Below, piece after piece: positions 58,375 to 64,000 of a stretch of 64,000 nucleotides of DNA. The position numbers and the translations under genes are program-made. Source of the stretch: Camelus ferus (lineage: Eukaryota); assembly GCF_009834535.1 (NCBI RefSeq), contig NC_045712.1, positions 36,456,001 to 36,520,000 on the forward strand, in the 5' to 3' direction. The notes under the pieces were generated by a model. The model saw only the letters and a list, made by a program, of their open reading frames with translations. It was not told where the DNA came from and ran no database searches. Each line of letters opens with the position of its first letter. The stretch's first letter is position 1.

Positions 58375-59498
58375 AACATTAGTGCCACGAGGAGTTAATA
58401 CCATTGCTTGACTTCTGGTAGAGGAATTGGGAGGCGGAAGGGGAGATGTCACCGTACACTTGTGGATGTTGTAAGTTTTGGAGCATGTAAATGTAAGGCC
58501 TATTCAAAATTATTCAAATGAAATTAAGATTAAGAAGAGAAAGGTAAGCAGGGCATTAGAACAGAGCAAGTGTATTTTATCCTGTTCTCGGGAGCACATA
58601 AATTTTGTCATTCACCAAAGTCTGACTATATGAGACTTTTCCACGAGTATTCCAGCGGCGTGGAAACGGGTGTCTGGGTGATGGGTGACTCCTTTGTCTG
58701 GGCGGTGTTCATTCTCCACCCACCCTGCCTCCTCCCCGGGCCTCAGCTGACATTTGTCAGAACATTCCAGCTGCCTCATAGAACCCCTCAGCCCCTGAAA
58801 CCGGGGGCTTGTCCAGACTGGAGGCTCAGCCTTCTCTCCAAGACTGCTGCTTGTGTTGGAGGGTATGGACTTGAAGACCATACACATACGAGGTTTCCAC
58901 CTGCAAAAAACAGCTGCAAAAAAATGAAAAGAAAAAAAACAAAACAGAAAGAAACCCAACTCTAGCTCACATTTATGGTATTAAAATCTCAGGCTGAGAC
59001 AAGCAGAGGAAATCTCACTGAGTGACTGAACCGTAAACCAACTGAAGAAATGATCATTTTACTCAGCACCGAAATGAAGCGGAAAACCTCCCAGACTGAC
59101 CTAGTTTTCCTGTTGTGTTTTTGTGTTCACACATAAGAACATCCTCTGACCCGAACTGTTCTCAGTCTCTTCAGGTCCAACCTTATAAACAACATTGGCT
59201 TCTATGCAATTAGATTATTAATTTGTGCCATGATATAAATTCTCTAGCTTCAAAGACTCAGTGGAGCATCTTTTCTTTTTTTCCCAAAGCTTTTACAGAA
59301 CTATTCTTGGCTTTTCTGAATGTGGCCAGACGAACCGTAGCTACCCACTGGCGTCTGTGCATGTTGGGACGTGTGGACTCCAGACCCCCCCCCCCGTTCC
59401 TCTGCCCGGATTGTCCTTGCAGCCACCGCTCCTGTCCCCCCACCGTCACTTGGCTGCTTCCCATCTCCAGGGGGTCCTTTCCCGAGTCCTCTCGGGTG

Positions 59499-59771
59499 GT
59501 GCTGTGCAGCAGAAATGTGACAGGAGTCTCAGACAGGAGCCAGCTGCATATTTTTTAATTTTCTGGTAGCCACATTAAAACCGTTTAAAAAAAATCAGCT
59601 GAAATTGATTTATGTTATTTACATAGTTTATTTAACCCAATATACTCAACATCACTGAGATAGCTTACGTTCCTTTTTTCATACCAAGTCTTTGAAATTC
59701 AGTGTGGTTTATGCTGACAGCACATCTCAGTTTAGGTGCGTGGCCGGCGGCTGCCACCCTGGACAGTGCAG
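59499..59771. mobile_element. hAT-Charlie MITE (MER33-like)
   Basis: 'taattttctggtagccacattaaaa...ttatttaacccaatata...gcacatctcagtttag'. Confidence 0.8.
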
Positions 59772-59916
59772 GTCTGGGTCTCACGGTTAAACCCTTCGTC
59801 GTGGCCGCCGTGTTTGTTGTATCTTCAGTCCACACTTGGTACAGGGCTTGATTCGGTGGCTGGGCGATGGGTGGACACAGACATGACGATGCCTGTTCTT
59901 CCCCCGACAACTGTAG

Positions 59917-60081
<165 letters not shown>

Positions 60082-60419
60082 TGAGAGCCAGGGTTTGTGT
60101 GGGATCCTGGGGTGAAGGTCTGATCCGGCGCACGTGCTATTGCTGTTTTTTCCACTAAGGTGAGGTCCTCCTTCTGGCTTAGATGAGGTTTGGATTGGGT
60201 TGGAGGGTGTGTCTGGAGTGAGCCAGCGACAAGGCATTCTAAGGATAAAACCTGGGAGGAGGGCCCGAGGCCCCCAGGCAGGCTGGTCTTCTCTTCCCCT
60301 CTGTGATCTTAGGAAGAGCCTGGTGCCCCTGCCCCACCCCTCATTAGTGTGTGATCATGTGATGTAGGGCAGTCCCTTGTCCTCTGGGATAATCTCATCT
60401 GGCTAATTGTGTGCAGTTA

Positions 60420-60660
60420 CCCCGCATAACTGTGGTAATAGTCACAGCTGTCGTTTACTGAGCCCTAACTCTGCCAGGCGTCGTGCTAAGTGTCCGGCAT
60501 TCATCATCTCACTTAGTCCTACGGCAGTTCCGTGAGATCGGTGCTCTTTGATCCTCATGTATCTGATAGATTTGTTTTGAGAGAAAGGGTCATTTGCCCC
60601 TAATAGTTTCTAGGGCTAGTAACTCTTAGGGCTGGGCTTTGAATCCTGGAGCCCAGGCTC
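60420..60660 (-). mobile_element. MIR SINE
   Basis: 'cgtttactgagccctaactctgccaggcgtcgtgctaagtg...catctcacttagtcctac'. Confidence 0.75.
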
Positions 60661-60689
60661 TTAGAAGCGTCTACACAGTCCTGCCTCTA

Positions 60690-61460
60690 GGATCTTTACT
60701 TAAAGCAAGGAGTCTGGACCTGGCGAGCACTTCGTTCAACAGACAATTGTGAGGGTCTCGTGGGAGCCAGGTCTTCTCAGCTGCCAAAGACGCAAAAGTG
60801 AACAAGACAAACACGGCTGCCCTGAGGGAGCTGCTCCCATGCTGGAGCGGGTGGCAACAAGCAAACACACAAATACGTTCTGCAGGTTTGGGGTCTGAGA
60901 AAAATAGGGCGGAGTGAAGGGGCAGAGACTGAAAAGGAAGTTAGGGTGGCTAGGAAAGGACACCTGTGCCCCAAACAACAACAGAAATGTGGTTACTGTG
61001 AGGGAACAGGTCACTTGACAATCTGGTGAAGAACACGGGCGGTACAAAGGAATAGCCAGTGCAAAGGCCCTGAGGCAGCACGAAGCCAGTGCCTCTGGAA
61101 CTTAGAGATCCCTGGGGAGAGTGGCGTGAGGTGATGTCCAAGAGTCAGGCTGGGGAAGATCTCGTCTGGCCTGGCCAAGACTTGGGATGTTATACTGGTT
61201 ATTGGAAAACAGTGATTTAGATTTAATGACTTACATTAGTAGGACCTTTGTCTGCTTTCTTACTAATAGACAGTGGGGGGCAAAGATGGAATCAGAGAGA
61301 TGAGCTAGGGAAGCTGAGCCCTGCAGACAGAATGCATGCAAGATTGGCAGGGAAGAGAGGAGTTCAGGATAACGCCTAGGTATTTGGGATGCAGGTAAGT
61401 TCAGTGGAGATACTGTGATGGCATGACTTTGGAGCACAGGAGAGCCTGGAGGGGTCGTTG
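60690..61460 (-). mobile_element. L2 LINE fragment
   Basis: 'cacttcgttcaacagacaattgtgagg...gcaaaggccctgaggcagca...cctaggtatttggga'. Confidence 0.75.
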
Positions 61461-64000
61461 TGTGCGGGGCGCCTCAGGCCGCCGGCCTGGGTGAGTGAGC
61501 CTCGGTCCTTGGCGCCTTTCAGCACCAGGGCCGCTCCTCCACTAAGTCCCTGACAATCTCCACATCCTCCCAGCAGCAGTGCTCCCTGGGTACTCTTCAA
61601 AATTGTTCGTGAGGTTCAAACAAAAGTTTCAAAGCACTTGAGTGGCCTTCTAAGAAGTTACAGCCCTCGAGGTCTTGAAGTCACCCCTTGTCCCATGTGT
61701 TTTTGATTTCCAAAGAAAGCCAGTTCTGTCTTTTAAATCTGTAAATGCTGTAAAATTGAGTGTGCTTAACCTAGAATCATAGGATGGTCTTCCGGAGCCC
61801 CCAGGACCCCCTGAAATTTTATTCAGAATATTGTGTTTGTAGATTGGTGTGTTTTTCTGGGTCAGGAGTTGGTAGATTTCATTAAATTCTCAGTGGGGTC
61901 AGCAGTCATGAAGATTAAGATGTGCCCATCCCTCTAAGGTAAGGGGTTCCTTTTGTTCCTTCCATGCCTGGATTTCAGGTACAGTATCCTAATGCAGGGT
62001 CACCCCACGAATGATCAGAATCAGCTGGAGGCTGGTTTGCTAGGTTTCCAGGTCGCTGCATTGGCCGCGGGTCACGTTGAGATAAGTAATGTGCCTGTTT
62101 CATTTCCTTCGCTGGCTCCCCGCCCCGTTCTCCTCCTCATGCTCTTGTAAGAAGAGCGGCTTGGTGCAACGCCCGGCAGGCCTTCGCCAGTGTGTGCCTT
62201 ATGTGGGTGAAACTTGAGCAGAATCTTCCAGTCGACGCGGCTGCAGTGACACACTGAGGGGTAATGGGGGTAACAGAGCTCCTGAGGGTCACTGCCGGCT
62301 CTCCCTCTTATGAAGGCTGTGTGGCCTCGGGGAGGTCACCTCATCTCTGAGCGTCCATTCCCTCATCGTGTAACATGGATAACAGCATCTTAATAAAAAC
62401 ATCTTCTTTATAAAAAAAAAAAAAGAAGTTGCAGGGAAGGGACTGTTGTCGGGTGCCTTGAGCGTACCTGACCTCACGTGTTTTCAGTTCTCACGCCATG
62501 TTTGTGGATGCTGAGTAGCGAGAACTTCCCTAATTTAAAAATAAACTGCCTTATAAGGGTGGATGAAAGGATGGACAGATGGACAGACTCTTAAAAAAGA
62601 AAAGAAATCCGTCAGCTGCTGCTTCCCACCTGCCCAGACCCTCTGCCCCAGGAGGGGCGGGTCACGCACTTCCAGCCTCTCGCACGTCTGGTGTGAGACC
62701 AGGTCTCCCGCCCAGCAGCAGCGTGAGGCTGCCCTCACGTTTCCGGCTTTGGCAGGAGTTCAGGAGCCGTGCTCGCCTGGGGTGAGGGGAGCGGCTTCCT
62801 AAACTTGACCTTGTCTCCAGGCACAGCGAGTGGTGCCTGCTGGTTTCTAACAGCGTCGTTTGAGCGGTGAAGGCCGGTGACGTAATCACACACACCCTCG
62901 CACTGCCGCCGCAGGTTATTCTCCCTTAACAGGGGTTCCTCCGCGGAGAAGTAATGGCTCACGACGAAGGGCCGTTAGGAAACTCACATCTTACCAGGAG
63001 CGTCTTCCCTTGACTAGGTCTTGGAGGTCAGGTTTCATTCCAGAGCAGTACTTGGAACAGGTGATAAGGATCTCGAATCAGGGGCACCGTCAGGGCCAGT
63101 GGACCTTGACTGCCCACTGGTGAAACCCAGGCCAGAAACCACGTGGGAGCCTTTCCTCCTCACCCCCAAAAGCTCCCAAGGCCGCTGGCTCCTAGGATGA
63201 CGGGCACCTTGCCTCAGTGTTTTTCCTCTCCCGTCTGATTTAATCTTCGTGCTCCCGTGAGGCGTGCGGGACTCACCTCCTATAGCTGAGGAAATAGAGG
63301 TTTAAAGGGTCAGGGAAGTTGCCAGGGGTCCCAAGGCTGGTAAGTACAGAGATTAGGGCTGTCTGAGCCCCCACCCCGTGGACTTCCCACCACACCTAAC
63401 TAATCTTGCCAGACAGCTAAAAACCAATCCCAGGTTTATGCTTTTGTCTTGCGCACACAGTTACTAGTTGATTTAACTCAGTTTGACCTGAAGTTCTAGT
63501 TACTTCAGAGCCTCCTTCCTACCCACTCCAATTTGGGGTTCATTTTGAGTAAGTGTGGTCATGGGATTTCTCAGCTCCCTGCAAATCAGGAGTTGCAAAA
63601 CAGGCAGAAGGACGGAGCCACGGGAAGGCTGCAGTTACAGGATGTGCAGAGCCGTAAGGCGGCTCGCTGGTCACTGCCTCCAGCCCGGAGCCGGCAGCTG
63701 GCTCTGCCCCCCGGAGCGGCCCTGCACAGAGCAGGGGGTGCGCCTTCATCCCACCCCATCTTCACGTCTTTCCTAAGCCACCCTCCTGGCTCATTTTTCT
63801 AATCCGACTTTAAACATACAGTGGTTAATTAACATTTCCCATGTTGGCACACACAGTCCGTACTAACTCATGAGTATTTTCACACGCAGCTCCCAAGAAC
63901 ATTCCCCTCCGTGGTTATAATACCATGTAATACCTAAGAGAAATTAGAATAATTCATTAATAGCATCTGAATGTCCAGTCCATATTTAAATTTGCCCACT

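Overview
Mammalian genomic DNA, most likely camelid (alpaca/camel). That call is inferred from a tRNA-Ala(AGC)-derived SINE family and a young L1 3' end type, both recognised from memory, not by database search. The right part (about 35.7-64 kb, + strand) holds the CpG-island promoter, non-coding exon 1 and coding exons 2-8 of TSEN2 (tRNA splicing endonuclease catalytic subunit Sen2). All seven coding exons have GT-AG boundaries with matching phases and give 1093 nt of uninterrupted CDS. The remaining exons, which carry the catalytic Tyr/His/Lys, lie beyond the window. The left 35 kb has no recognisable coding gene. It is repeat-rich (MIR, L2, L1, MaLR/ERVL LTRs, hAT/Tigger elements) with several CpG-rich or motif-dense patches; by synteny in other mammals it is probably the PPARG-TSEN2 intergenic interval (inference). 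There are three N gaps. Nearly all ORFs in the supplied track are GC-bias or repeat noise. Most notable observations: (1) a mirror-image MER8+SINE / SINE+MER8 cassette pair brackets exons 2-5; (2) a back-spliced exon 2-5 circle would have a stop-free, endless reading frame; (3) two stacked retroinsertions share a triplicated target site; (4) exon 2 is strongly GC/CpG-shifted and appears accelerated. Repeat family names and human comparisons are from recall and need RepeatMasker/BLAST confirmation; old-repeat boundaries are approximate.
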